NCBI GenBank assembly: GCA_040437565.1
Contig: JBDOQK010000047.1
Location: 1 to 64,000 of the forward strand
Source of the DNA: Albugo candida
Taxonomy: Eukaryota
DNA length: 64,000 nt
Direction of reading: 5' to 3'
Below, in pieces: positions 12,340-27,451 of this stretch. The notes below the pieces were generated by a model. It was not told the origin of the DNA. It ran no database searches and saw nothing but the letters and a program-made list of their open reading frames with translations. Both the position numbers and the translations under genes were made by a program. The number at the start of each line of letters is the position of its first letter. The first letter of the stretch is position 1.

Positions 12340-14827
12340 AAGACTCAGCACGAAGCTCTATGGCACTTTAGTGAAATAAATGATCTCATGGTTTGCGCGG
12401 ATTTTACATGGCATCCAATCTCCCTCATCTGAACGGTAGCAGTGATTCACAATATCGATCTGACTCGCGTATGTGCATGCTGTGCCATTGTACAAACAAA
12501 AGACTACAGTAGATAATAATATCAATGTTGTTGTCTGCAATAAATGGATCGATAAAAGGGGAGACTTATGACGATATATATATTTATATAAGTTGGGAAT
12601 CTTGATTCTACTAGCACGGCACCTTATCGCCAGTTAGAGGTTCTACCTTTCGACTGAGAAAAAAGTCTGATTCATGAGCAAGTCAATGCAGGGTGCTCGA
12701 TAATAAGATCTTGATGGTCGTCAATGGTTCGAGATCATGCAATACACCGAAGACCATTTTGGCTCTCCAATAAGCTGATCGCGATACATTTCTAATGTGT
12801 TTTCAACATATGCATTGCGGAGATAGTCAAAATCGCAGAGTAGATATTCATATTAATGCAACGCTTAGCAAAAGGCGTACTATTAGTAGCCTGAGACCAG
12901 ATAGTCAAAGTAGCATCGTCCAGGTAGTCAACGAAGGAAGGAAAAATGTGATGATAGTGTTCAGGGGCTAAGGCCCTAGCTGTTGATGCTCGCTCCTCTG
13001 TTGAATTAATCCTGCTATATTGCCGCTTTACTCCAACATGTGGTCCAACAAATCGAAATGCACGACACGAAGCAGATACCTTCCGATTAGAGTCAATGAA
13101 GAAGAAGTCTAGAGCGTATGAATTAAGGTGTCGCGGAGAAATCAAACTACGCGATACTCCAAGGAGCCAGGATAGCTTTTGCGGGGTGTTGTAGTTGAGG
13201 CATACTTCAGCATCTCATCCTTGGCGTGCCTTGCGTACTAGTTGTGGGCCTTCGATTGTTTCGCTTCCGTGCCAGTCAGCATATTATCGTAATGGGACGA
13301 ACAAAGTCGTTGTGAGTCAGCCTTACCGAATTTTTTTCACTTCCCATATTTTTGTGCCCGATAGTTGATGGCCATAAATTCTGAGGTTGCTTCTTTGATG
13401 AGTGCCACTTGGACATATCAATGTATACGATTTCGCGCGTCATGCAGCACATCACTCAAACAAAGCCATATCGCATACGTTTCTGTGCAAATGAGATAAT
13501 TTATCAGATCTTCGCAGAAGCAGCTATGGAAATCATAGTTTTGAGTCCAATGGATTATTCTCAAAAGCTCAGAGCATGTTACAACATTGATAATCACCGT
13601 TTTAAGTAGTATTTCGTTCGCATCAGTTCTTAGAATGAAGTTGGTTCGGCTGTTAATGGAAAAGCCTGAGGAGGCGATATTACGTACGTAAAAAAACCTG
13701 GATGACTTTCCAAGTCGCTGAAAAGGTTTTGGAGCGGGTAGGCAACATCGATATCGAATCCTCTTGATCACAGATCTAATCAATTGATCGATTTTCACGT
13801 TGACAATACCGCACTATGATCTTGAGTATCAGGAGGACAGTTTGTGAAATGCGAGTTCAAAGTAGAGTCCCCAAGAACCGCAGACATTTAATGTTGTCAA
13901 GATAAAATGATTGAGACTGCGAAACGCCAAGACGGGCAATGTTATAAGTAACAGAGACAACTAAAACGATTGTTCCGCCGATGCGATAGATCACAAGCCT
14001 TCATCGTGTGCGTCAAGTCACGAAAACCTCATTNNNNNNNNNNNNNNNNNNNNNNNNNNNNNNNNNNNNNNNNNNNNNNNNNNNNNNNNNNNNNNNNNNN
14101 NNNNNNNNNNNNNNNNNNNNNNNNNNNNNNNNNGCTCAGAGCATGTTACAACATTGATAATCACCGTTTTAAGTAGTATTTCGTTCGCATCAGTTCTTAG
14201 AATGAAGTTGGTTCGGCTGTTAATGGAAAAGCCTGAGGAGGCGATATTACGTACGTAAAAAAACCTGGATGACTTTCCAAGTCGCTGAAAAGGTTTTGGA
14301 GCGGGTAGGCAACATCGATATCGAATCCTCTTGATCACAGATCTAATCAATTGATCGATTTTCACGTTGACAATACCGCACTATGATCTTGAGTATCAGG
14401 AGGACAGTTTGTGAAATGCGAGTTCAAAGTAGAGTCCCCAAGAACCGCAGACATTTAATGTTGTCAAGATAAAATGATTGAGACTGCGAAACGCCAAGAC
14501 GGGCAATGTTATAAGTAACAGAGACAACTAAAACGATTGTTCCGCCGATGCGATAGATCACAAGCCTTCATCGTGTGCGTCAAGTCACGAAAACCTCATT
14601 TGATAATGAGTCAAAGGACTCTTGAGACTGGAATATTTTACAACTGGGAATTGATTTGATTACTGCTCTCATGTCTTCTGTCTTGACAAGGAGGGGGCTG
14701 AAAGTCGAGAGGCGAGGTGATAAAAAGCAGATGAATTAGTGTGAGCATAAAGATAGCAATGTTGTGGAAAATATTCGAGTTTTATAGGAAAGCAGTTGCG
14801 GGATATTTCTGTTGCGAGTCTATTGGT

Positions 14828-16685
14828 CTACTCTTCTGTATCATCCAAACTCAATTCTTCGATTTCTTCCTTGTCAACGTCGTCTTCATCGGCGTCGGAC
14901 TTTTTGGCAAAATAAAGATCGTCGTCATCGCGATTATCTGCGCCTTTACTCGTTGAACTTTGTTCCGATCTCTTCACTCTTTTGAAGAGTCTAGGGACTT
15001 TATCGAGTGCGTTTAGTGAGATATCTGGGTCCACATACTTCTTGATAAAGTCTCTGACAGGCATATAATCGAAAATGTTGTCGTACACTTTTACCGAAAC
15101 ACCTGATGGCGAGACTTGCTTTGATTCTTTCCGAAACAAGACCATGCGATGTGTATGTTCTTCGTATTGTGGTATCCCCATTTTATGTTCGTTCTCCTTC
15201 ACAGATTCCAGGGACAGTTTGATTCGTCTCGAGTCAAGCCAAACAAACTGAGTATCTCGATTTGCATTCATCACCTTTTGCATCCACCGTCGTTCATAAG
15301 TCGTTAGTCTCCCCTGATTACTTCGAAGAACTAACACGCACACAACTTTCTCTAAACATTTCGATAGAAACTGAGAAGAGTTTCGAACTTGTATCGCACG
15401 TTTTCTTATTTGTTTGAAGGCTCGCCTTATGAGACCTTTGCTCGACTGCAAATAATTCAAAAATATTTGCTCTGGTTTTTCTCCGTTAGACACCGTAAAG
15501 ATAGTCGGTTGGATGGAAGAACGAATCTGGAAGCGATTTAGGACGGATTGTCTCGAAGAAGGGAATTTTTGGGTGCAGTCCATAACACCGACAGAACATT
15601 TCGAGTTCAGAGTTTTGGAAGCTTTATCGAATACTTCCGGAATCGGGTCATTCGGCTTGGCACATAACACCACCCAAGATTCATTTGAGAAGAAAACGCG
15701 TNNNNNNNNNNNNNNNNNNNNNNNNNNNNNNNNNNNNNNNNNNNNNNNNNNNNNNNNNNNNNNNNNNNNNNNNNNNNNNNNNNNNNNNNNNNNNNNNNNN
15801 NTCTGGGTCCACATACTTCTTGATAAAGTCTCTGACAGGCATATAATCGAAAATGTTGTCGTACACTTTTACCGAAACACCTGATGGCGAGACTTGCTTT
15901 GATTCTTTCCGAAACAAGACCATGCGATGTGTATGTTCTTCGTATTGTGGTATCCCCATTTTATGTTCGTTCTCCTTCACAGATTCCAGGGACAGTTTGA
16001 TTCGTCTCGAGTCAAGCCAAACAAACTGAGTATCTCGATTTGCATTCATCACCTTTTGCATCCACCGTCGTTCATAAGTCGTTAGTCTCCCCTGATTACT
16101 TCGAAGAACTAACACGCACACAACTTTCTCTAAACATTTCGATAGAAACTGAGAAGAGTTTCGAACTTGTATCGCACGTTTTCTTATTTGTTTGAAGGCT
16201 CGCCTTATGAGACCTTTGCTCGACTGCAAATAATTCAAAAATATTTGCTCTGGTTTTTCTCCGTTAGACACCGTAAAGATAGTCGGTTGGATGGAAGAAC
16301 GAATCTGGAAGCGATTTAGGACGGATTGTCTCGAAGAAGGGAATTTTTGGGTGCAGTCCATAACACCGACAGAACATTTCGAGTTCAGAGTTTTGGAAGC
16401 TTTATCGAATACTTCCGGAATCGGGTCATTCGGCTTGGCACATAACACCACCCAAGATTCATTTGAGAAGAAAACGCGTTGCATCATTACTTCATCGGTA
16501 GTTTCAATGTGATGAACGTGTTCTTTCATCGACATATACTTGAGAATAGCACCTCCAAACAATGCGAGTATGATTCCACACATTGCAGCCACCACGTACC
16601 AGTATTCTCGCCACATTCGATTCTTCATGAAAAGCTTAAATCCTTTCGCATCGCTTACATTGCCGGAAGACCGCTTACTTCGCAT
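14828..16685 (-). CDS. Membrane-anchored protein with probable thioredoxin-like folds lacking CxxC and an acidic C-terminus; split by a gap with overlap duplication
   Basis: ORFs 15681-16685 and 14828-15814 share an identical internal segment (15024-15701 = 15802-16479). There is an N-terminal TM segment (YVVAAMCGIILALFGGAIL), WVVLC and VGVMDC thioredoxin-like strands, and a DEDDVDKEEIEELSLDD tail. The fold assignment is tentative. Confidence 0.7.
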
Positions 16686-16933
16686 ATTAATCGGACGTGT
16701 GGCTGAGAATAAGTCGACTGGATTGGGTAATAATGCTACGACTCTATCCGAAAGTCTAATCTGATCATCTCGTGGAATATCACATTATTTGCTGGTTTTC
16801 TACTTAGCTGTAGTAGGAATTTATACGGGTAGCATGGTGCAAGGCAAAGATCGTACGTGCAAGCAGGACCTTGTATCATCAAGGTGGAAAGGGTGAGATT
16901 TACTTAATGTTAAAGCGAAACGAAGTGTGTATA

Positions 16934-18128
16934 TCAGACCGGCCAATGTCGTTGTAAAATTTGGAATAATCCATTTGGATTATCAACGTGCACCCAGTGA
17001 CCAGCCTTGGGTAGAACGTGACGATACACTCCGTTTGGTTTGACCGTTTCGAATCGTTTTATCACTTCGCTTGTCCACATCTTATTTTTCTCCGCTTGGA
17101 CAAAATGTACCTCAGCATTGTTCGCACAGAGACTGGGATCGGATAAGGTTGGCCATAGATCCAGAGTACGAAAAGATTCAAAGAGCTTTTCTACTACAGG
17201 GATATCCATCTTCCACTCATACTGTTCTGGATTGTGCGGCATCACGCGCAGGTTTGTCGAAAGCCATTGCGCCAAGCTTATATCGAGCCCACGCACTTGA
17301 AGCTCTTTGATTAATTCACCCTTGGAATGGATTGGTAGTTGGATGGATGTCAATATTTCCAAAACCTTGTCAACAGAAGAATTCAAACTTTGCTGAACTT
17401 CGCATTGCTCTCCTGAAAGTAAACGCAGCGTGACATCGGGTGTTCGCTGAACTGTATGCACATACTTACTTGCTCCTGGCAAAACATCGAGTATCCACGA
17501 CTGCTTTGGGTATGAGCGTCCTTCGAATTTGCACAATTCTAAGAGAGATAGCGCCACTTTTCCCCCAAATGAATGACCAATTATTGCTTGAGGACGGACG
17601 CCAATTTCATCCGTGAGGCTCCTACAATTCGGTCTTCAACACATTTTCTAAAACTGGGAACCCGTATTCACTAACATCACATCTTTTGCACAAGCTTGGA
17701 CAGAGTGGGGTTCTGCGTATGATAGCGAATCACCGTGACCTGATTGACAGGAGCATATTTATAAACACTCCAAATAAATGCATAAAAACCTCTCAAATCC
17801 ACGGGAATAAATTGCCACGTCGGAAATGCTTGAGCGAGTCTAAAAAGCCATTATACATCGTATATTTTCTGCATACATTGCTACTAACTTGGAGGCAAAA
17901 GTTCTCCAATTCAATTTATTTCCTACGACAGAGTTTACGTAATTGTAAAATGTGTGAGTGGTTAACAATACCGAGAATTCCATGAAGGATAAAGGCTGTA
18001 TTATATTTTGATTGATCCAAATTGGATGCATTTCGATCATCTTTGAAAATTCGATATGACAGCGTTGTTTTAGTGCTATAAGGACGCCTGAATGCACTTT
18101 GAATTGCATGGTACCGATACGACCACAT
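16934..18128 (-). CDS. ABHD11: Alpha/beta hydrolase, ABHD11/YbfF-like esterase (multi-exon, probable mitochondrial presequence)
   Basis: Spliced motifs FILHGILG-NKLNWRTFA, nucleophile elbow IGHSFGGKVA (~17555-17580), QWLSTNL and KAGHWVHVDNP. The Arg-rich N-terminus MWSYRYHAIQSAFRRPYS starts at 18128. Confidence 0.85.
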
Positions 18129-18516
18129 GATAAAGGGTGGTACTAAAGCGGTTTTGTAATGTAAGACGATGTGGATATATATGTCGATCAGTAAGAGCGA
18201 TTTCATGATTGCAAATTGTCAGTATCGAAGCGAAATAGCGTTCAAAATATATTTTACTATTTGAGTCACGGAATATATATTTATGAGCCACAAAGCGGGT
18301 GAGCCGTAAAATTGTTTCATGTGAGTTGATCGCCGTACCAATTCGAAACGATTACTGCGTGTATGACCGACTGCAACCTTGATTCTTCAACTTTCTGCTG
18401 ATTGACGAAAAGGTGGTGTAAAAAGATGAGATATGAGGCGTGTTGTCGTCAGGCATTTACACTTGTCTTAATAAGTCTTCTTCATCGATTGTCTACAGAC
18501 AGAGAATGAGTCAGAG

Positions 18517-20570
18517 TCAGGCGTAAGAGATGTACTGTGCCTGTGGCTGCCGAAGCTGTTGAGCATTGGGGGAAGGTATCGAGTGAAATACAGATGGCGT
18601 CATGGAAGTCGATCTGTTTGTGGATTGAAAAACATTTGTATGTTTCATGTGCTCTTGATGTTCGTAAAATCGTGACGTATCATGGGAATGATCATTTTCC
18701 ATGATATAAGGCTCAGTACTTGTACCAAACATATCTTGCTGTGACTGACGAAAAGGCTGCTACAAAAGCCAGAACGTGAGCAGATTCATAGGAACTCAGT
18801 AATAGAACTACCTGACTATAACTGGAATATTGATGAGCAATGTGAGGCGGAACCTCATGGAACTCCCCATGCACTGTAGACTGGTCTTGTCGATTCATGT
18901 TCACCATCGTGTCTGCAATGTTTGAAGTCATCGGCATCCCAGAAGAGTAACATACGTCAGAATTGTAATGTGGCGTGGGAACTTCTGCCAACGAAGCACC
19001 TCGAAACAATCGGGCTGTTACTGAAACGGGACTATCTTTAATGTATGGTTCGCGAAGTGCCAGATCCTGATAAGTAACTATGATATAAATATGAGATGGA
19101 TTATAGTTCGTTGCTTGAAGCTATTTACCACGACGAGAATGCATAGGAATGGGATGAACCCGGTGGATTGATTGACGATCTTCACCATGATGCATTTGTG
19201 ACTCCTGTATTGTTGGATCTACATGTATAGAGCTGACTCAAGCTCTCACAAATTTGGGTGTTAGTACCTGGAGGTAATGGGTACAGGTGTTCTGGCGGAT
19301 ATTGACAATACGAATAATCGGCTGAATGGGAGTACATGGAAATAGAAGGGGAGGATGTATTTGACTCTGTATACGATCTGTGCGGAAGAGCGTAAGAGTT
19401 TGCCATTTGAGAGACAGCGAGCTGTGACATCGGAGTGTAGCTATTTCGAAAGCGCTGTGGGTTTTCCATCGACATGTAATTGTACTTGTCGTCTGATGTG
19501 GATGCTTCCACATTATTTTGGTGTGGATTCACTGACATTTCGGACGGTTGCATCATGCTAGTACCAGGATATACGAGTGCCGAGTTACGATAACTGATAC
19601 CATGACATTGTGGTGAAGGAGTTTCCTGGAATATAATTTAGTTTGTCGAGAGTTCGGAAATCGGACTTTTCACGCACATGAGTGGCTTCGTTGTGAAATC
19701 CATTGGTCATAGGCACATAATCGTTGCATTCGATGGCTTCGATCATTGGTCGTGAGGAAGCTTGCTGGTGGGCTTTATACTGCGGACTCGCTCCGACAGG
19801 AGAGCCTGTATCACTCGATCGAGCTTTGACTTCTCTAAATCCATTCTTCTTCCGCATAGATTGGCGCTGCATTCGACGCATCGTCGAATAAAAGCGATTT
19901 TTAATTGCATTATCGGTACTATCGCATATATACAGCAATTAATTCGGAAACCAGAGTGTATAGAAAATGTATAGTACCGTCCCGGTAACATTTTGGATAT
20001 TTCAGCCCATTGATTGCCAACGTTTTTATGACATTCAAAAATGATATAATCCTCTTCGGCGGTCCACGCATCCTTTCGTACAGAAGGATTCAAATGATTG
20101 TGCCATCTGATTCAACAGATATGATAATGAGACAGTCCGAGTGACAATAAATCTTCAAGTACCGTTCTCTGCATTGTTTTCCGACCCGGCCTGGCAGATG
20201 CATTGCAATCAAGGACCACCGTTTAGCTCCATACTGTCTGACCAAATGCATCAATTGCTCATTTTCTTCTCTCGTCCATGGCCGTTTGCTGTTATTCGCA
20301 TCAATTTTTTGTTTGCTTTTATCCTCAAATGCATTCTGATCATCAAATATTTGCTCTGTATCAAACGGATCACTCTATACAATAATCAAATGAAACATAC
20401 GAGAGTTTTTATTGGCTCTCCGAATAATAGAACGAAAAAAGGATGCAAACCATTGAGTCGTTTCGAATTGAGTTGGCTTCTGGAACGGATGAAAGATTTG
20501 GACTTGAAAAGACGTGGATAGAATCTATCTCGTGCTCGTCGACATGTAACATCTCAAGCTTTTGACTCAT
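18517..20570 (-). CDS. R2R3-type Myb transcription factor (multi-exon); 5' part duplicated at 20917-21708 across a gap
   Basis: GPWTREENEQLMHLVRQYGAKRWSLIAMHLPGRVGKQCRER|WHNHLNPSVRKDAWTAEEDYIIFECHKNVGNQWAEISKMLPGR|TDNAIKNRFYSTMRR, followed by S/Q/P/Y-rich exons. The start MSQKLEMLH is at 20570, with a duplicate at 21462. The 3' exon structure is approximate. Confidence 0.9.
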
Positions 20571-22258
20571 CGCTTTTTCTCTGCAATGTACGTAAGTTTG
20601 TCTTGTAGCTACTTTGAACAAAAAAGCATCTCAAAATCATGATCAAAATGACAGTTTCTGCAGCAATCACCTTAAGTCTGATAAACTCGAACCTTTTTTT
20701 AACTCTATTCTTTTTTCTTTTTTGTTGCGTAGTGTCTATGACAAACAATATTCCAACCGCGCACGTTTCACTCTATCAGATTTGATGCCACGACAGACGG
20801 AAGATAGGATACAAAANNNNNNNNNNNNNNNNNNNNNNNNNNNNNNNNNNNNNNNNNNNNNNNNNNNNNNNNNNNNNNNNNNNNNNNNNNNNNNNNNNNN
20901 NNNNNNNNNNNNNNNNTTTATGACATTCAAAAATGATATAATCCTCTTCGGCGGTCCACGCATCCTTTCGTACAGAAGGATTCAAATGATTGTGCCATCT
21001 GATTCAACAGATATGATAATGAGACAGTCCGAGTGACAATAAATCTTCAAGTACCGTTCTCTGCATTGTTTTCCGACCCGGCCTGGCAGATGCATTGCAA
21101 TCAAGGACCACCGTTTAGCTCCATACTGTCTGACCAAATGCATCAATTGCTCATTTTCTTCTCTCGTCCATGGCCGTTTGCTGTTATTCGCATCAATTTT
21201 TTGTTTGCTTTTATCCTCAAATGCATTCTGATCATCAAATATTTGCTCTGTATCAAACGGATCACTCTATACAATAATCAAATGAAACATACGAGAGTTT
21301 TTATTGGCTCTCCGAATAATAGAACGAAAAAAGGATGCAAACCATTGAGTCGTTTCGAATTGAGTTGGCTTCTGGAACGGATGAAAGATTTGGACTTGAA
21401 AAGACGTGGATAGAATCTATCTCGTGCTCGTCGACATGTAACATCTCAAGCTTTTGACTCATCGCTTTTTCTCTGCAATGTACGTAAGTTTGTCTTGTAG
21501 CTACTTTGAACAAAAAAGCATCTCAAAATCATGATCAAAATGACAGTTTCTGCAGCAATCACCTTAAGTCTGATAAACTCGAACCTTTTTTTAACTCTAT
21601 TCTTTTTTCTTTTTTGTTGCGTAGTGTCTATGACAAACAATATTCCAACCGCGCACGTTTCACTCTATCAGATTTGATGCCACGACAGACGGAAGATAGG
21701 ATACAAAAACGCGTCGGTAAAAGATTTTGTACGTTACGGCCGAGCAAACTTGACGGAGGCTACACACATTGGATCAGATTTTCTTTCTTTTTTTCGTAAG
21801 AAAAAATAAATTACAAGATTTCGTGTACTCGGAAAGGTCTTCATGTGGAATATGGATCGGTTTCAAATTTCTTTTGATCTCAATTTGTTACCCGTTACTG
21901 ATCGATCCTGTTGATAGTATTGGATTTGGGTTATTTAAGTGCAGGTGGGTCGACGTGCTGCTGATAAACCCAAAAGACGAGTTTATGGAAACTTCGGAAA
22001 GATGTAATTTATGGTTTCGCCTTTGACATTCTATTATACATCGTCGTGTTTTGGTAGAAAACGTTACAGAAACGCTCCTACATAAATAATGTAAACATAC
22101 AGTGTTCTTTGTTGAGCCGTAACTGACAATGTCTAGAAACAGTACTTGGAAACAGTCGGCCTTTCGAGATACGGTTGTGTGTACCATCGTGAGTAAACGT
22201 TCAGTACATTTGAAAACCTTATATATCATTTGAAACATAACTGATACAATTGGAACCA

Positions 22259-24194
<1,936 letters not shown>

Positions 24195-24325
24195 GATGAC
24201 ATGCACACGCAAACTGCCTGTCGTTTTACAGCGATATTTATAGCGGGCGTTATTTAGAAACAAGCAAATATTTGTTGACAAAATTGACTGTTATTCAAAT
24301 AAAAAGCACTAATAATCGCAATTGA

Positions 24326-27300
24326 ATGACGAAAATGGAAGATGCTGATGTTTTTTCGCCAGAGCATTCGGATGATAACAATACGGAGCAATTGAGCACA
24401 ATTAACGGCGACAAAATTAATTGGAAATCAAAATATTGGAAACAAGTTCAAGTATGTTTGTGTCACTACCTCATCATGCCATCATATTCATTTTGAATGT
24501 TCAGGTCAACCAGGAGCTGGCAAGACGTCTTAAAGTACGTGGAAGGGGAAAATGGCGAGAAACGGTCTGATGTCTCACTTTAGGAAGCTAGGAAATCCTA
24601 CGCGGACGGAGCGACTCAAAAGCGTCTCAATTGCAGAAACTGCGCTACATTGCAAAGCGAAATTCAGTATCTTTCCTCGCTACTTCACAAACGCGGTGGA
24701 CCTCAAATGGATGCATATAAACCGTTCTCAGAGGAAGATTTCAATCAGAAATCTGTAAAAGTAGCTATATCCAAAAGTCAACGCCGAAATAGCAATATTA
24801 TTGTGCGCTTTCGCACTGGTGATATTCGAAATTGCGACGATTTTAATCAGCAATTATCGGACATCGAATCGGTGGACATGACTGCTCTATCGGCTCAACT
24901 GCTCGAAAAATGTGAAAACGCCAATTTTCTGACTCGATCAGCTCCTTTAGAAGAAGATAAGAGAGCACCCATTCACTCATTGCAACGATCCTCGGAAAAT
25001 ACGTTCATGACGAAGAAGACATCGTATCGATCGCTCCCACCACCTCCTATTGCGATTCCGCACTTCCATTCCAGCGATTCGGAAACGCAGGCCAACTTCA
25101 TCGAACAAGCTGTTATCGTCGCAACTCCGCTGGCGGCACCTTTATCGGTAGTTTCTCCAACGCGAATCATTTCTCCAAGCAATATTTTAGCTGGCGTTAA
25201 AAATCTAACAACTCGATCTCAAGCCGCTGACATCAGTCGAACACATACCGTCCCGGAAGAATCGAAAGTTCCAACGGCGTTGCCTCGTTGTTTAGAAACG
25301 GACTCGCCTTCCATGACATCTTCTGCAGAAATTGAAATGTCAGCAATGACAATGTCTGCATTTCTAGATGGAAGAAATAATGACAAGAGAAAAAGCGATC
25401 TTCGCATATCGATTCCCTCACCCACAAATGGATCACAGAACGGATCCACAGCGTCCGGTAAACGAAATTGGATCTCACATCTCATCCCACATCGATTTCG
25501 ATCGCCCACAGCGTCCTCAGGCTCCAGCGGTTCTTTCGAGAAAATACCATTATCACCAACTGCGGCAGCAAAAGAGCCACAAGGCCCAAAAATCGTCAGC
25601 ATGTATCCACACAACTTCGGCCGCAATTGTAAAGATATCGAAGGTCTGACGGAGCTGTGCTTTCCACTCGGTGATTCACCTTCATCTGTAACTCAAGCTC
25701 AATGGGATTTTTCTCCCAAGAATCTCAAACGACTATTCCAAGAAAGACATCAAAGTATCTGTCAGTTAGATGCGACCTTTGTCCTGCTTCTGCCTGATTC
25801 AGTCGACGCCAATCGCGTCACGTACGCAATTTGCATGATAACACCAATTCTCAGCGATGAAGAAGAGCGTCGAGTACTAAAATTAACCAAGGGAGACGCC
25901 ACAGACGGACAAAAGGAGAGGCAGCTGTCACTTCCACATCAATGCTGCGTGTGTTTGCTGACGAAATGGCCATTCTTCAAGCTATATTTCAAGGTTTTGT
26001 ACGGAATTGCTGCAGTTTGGGATACTAGAAAGCGTCAGCTGATTGCCAATTTGGAGTCAACTCCGACTCACGACAACGCTCAGGAGAAGAATTGGCTGGC
26101 TTGGAGTGATTTTGTCGATATATTTGAGCAAAGTATGCAGCGTTTGCGCGAATTGCAGCTTCCGCGCATGGGTGCGTGGAGTAATTTAGATTTCTTTTCT
26201 GATATGACGCAAAACAAGTGGCCTGCAATCGCATTCCATCGATCTCACACGCAGTCATTTGCAGCCGAACGCCATGAATTAATGCTTCAATATTCCGCTC
26301 CAACTTTATTTTCTACACTTTCGATGGACCAAATCGCATTTTTGCTTGGATGTCTCTGTTGTGAACTCAAAGTTTTGCTTGTGTCTCAACATGTGCATAT
26401 CGTCAGCGCTTGCGTCCTGGCATTTGCGACACTTTTACATCCATTACAATGGGCTGGACCGATCGTGACAGTCCTTCCTTCGCGTTTTGCCGAAGATTTG
26501 TTGGATGCGCCAGTGCCGCTNNNNNNNNNNNNNNNNNNNNNNNNNNNNNNNNNNNNNNNNNNNNNNNNNNNNNNNNNNNNNNNNNNNNNNNNNNNNNNNN
26601 NNNNNNNNNNNNNNNNNNNNCAACATGTGCATATCGTCAGCGCTTGCGTCCTGGCATTTGCGACACTTTTACATCCATTACAATGGGCTGGACCGATCGT
26701 GACAGTCCTTCCTTCGCGTTTTGCCGAAGATTTGTTGGATGCGCCAGTGCCGCTACTGGCAGGTCGGGTGTCTTCATTTCAAAAGTGTATGGAGAATGGT
26801 CCATTGCCGATATCACCGACCATTTCCACGTCCCGGAATACTTCATCTTCGCCGAGACAATTAGACCAAGACGAAATACAAACAGTGCCATTTTCGACGC
26901 TTTTACGACCGATGAAAGGCGTCATTGAGATGAATTTGGATCATAATACACTTTGTATGCATCAAGACGATCTCTTACAATATCACAAATTCAAACTCCC
27001 GGGATGCGACGCGCTTGTGCACGACGTACATTCCGCCTCAAAGCAGTTATTTGGAAAACAGCGGAAGAATTCTTTGGAATTCCCAAACGTGATGCAAAGT
27101 GAAGCGTGTGATCAGATTATACTCAAAATCCGGGAGCAGATCGAGGCAATTTGTCTGCTAGCTATGACGCTATCTTCGTCTTCCTGCGCATTGGTACAAC
27201 ACGTTTGCGAAGAAACTGCGCGGAGAGAACCATTGATGGAAAACGTGCCAAAACATCATCTTGTGCATCGTCGGTCTAGCGAGTCGGTCATCGAATATGT

Positions 27301-27376
27301 ACGCAGATTCCAAGAGACACAAATGTTTAGCACTTACAAAAATAGTTTGCATGATGAGGAGGTGGAAACGGGCTAA
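24326..27376 (+). CDS. DENN-domain protein (Rab GEF family); two short 5' introns; may continue into the 27452-28985 exons
   Basis: uDENN ELCFPLG/FVLLL/VTYAICMI. DENN core CVCLLTKWPFFKLYFKVL and LFSTLS...ELKVLLVSQH...LLHPLQWAGPIVTVLP...LLDAPVPLLAG. dDENN FQETQMF. The upstream exons from the ATG at 24326 join the 24650 ORF in frame via GT-AG introns. Confidence 0.88.
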
Positions 27377-27451
27377 CATTGTAATTTGATGAGTGATTAT
27401 GATATTTCCATATGTTGTGCGACTTGATTAGTAATTCAAATCAAAAGCGCC

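Noticed and set aside
12358-12540. Small Cys-containing ORF with a signal-peptide-like start
   Set aside because: It begins at TTG with no in-frame ATG after the upstream stop, so a gene cannot be supported.
12792-14700. Minus-strand ORFs of 115-126 aa (possible pseudogene)
   Set aside because: Non-ATG starts and no recognisable motif. The apparent second copy is a gap-overlap duplicate.
20917-21708. Apparent second Myb gene
   Set aside because: It matches 20025-20816 across a 100-N gap, so it is most likely an assembly overlap rather than a paralogue.
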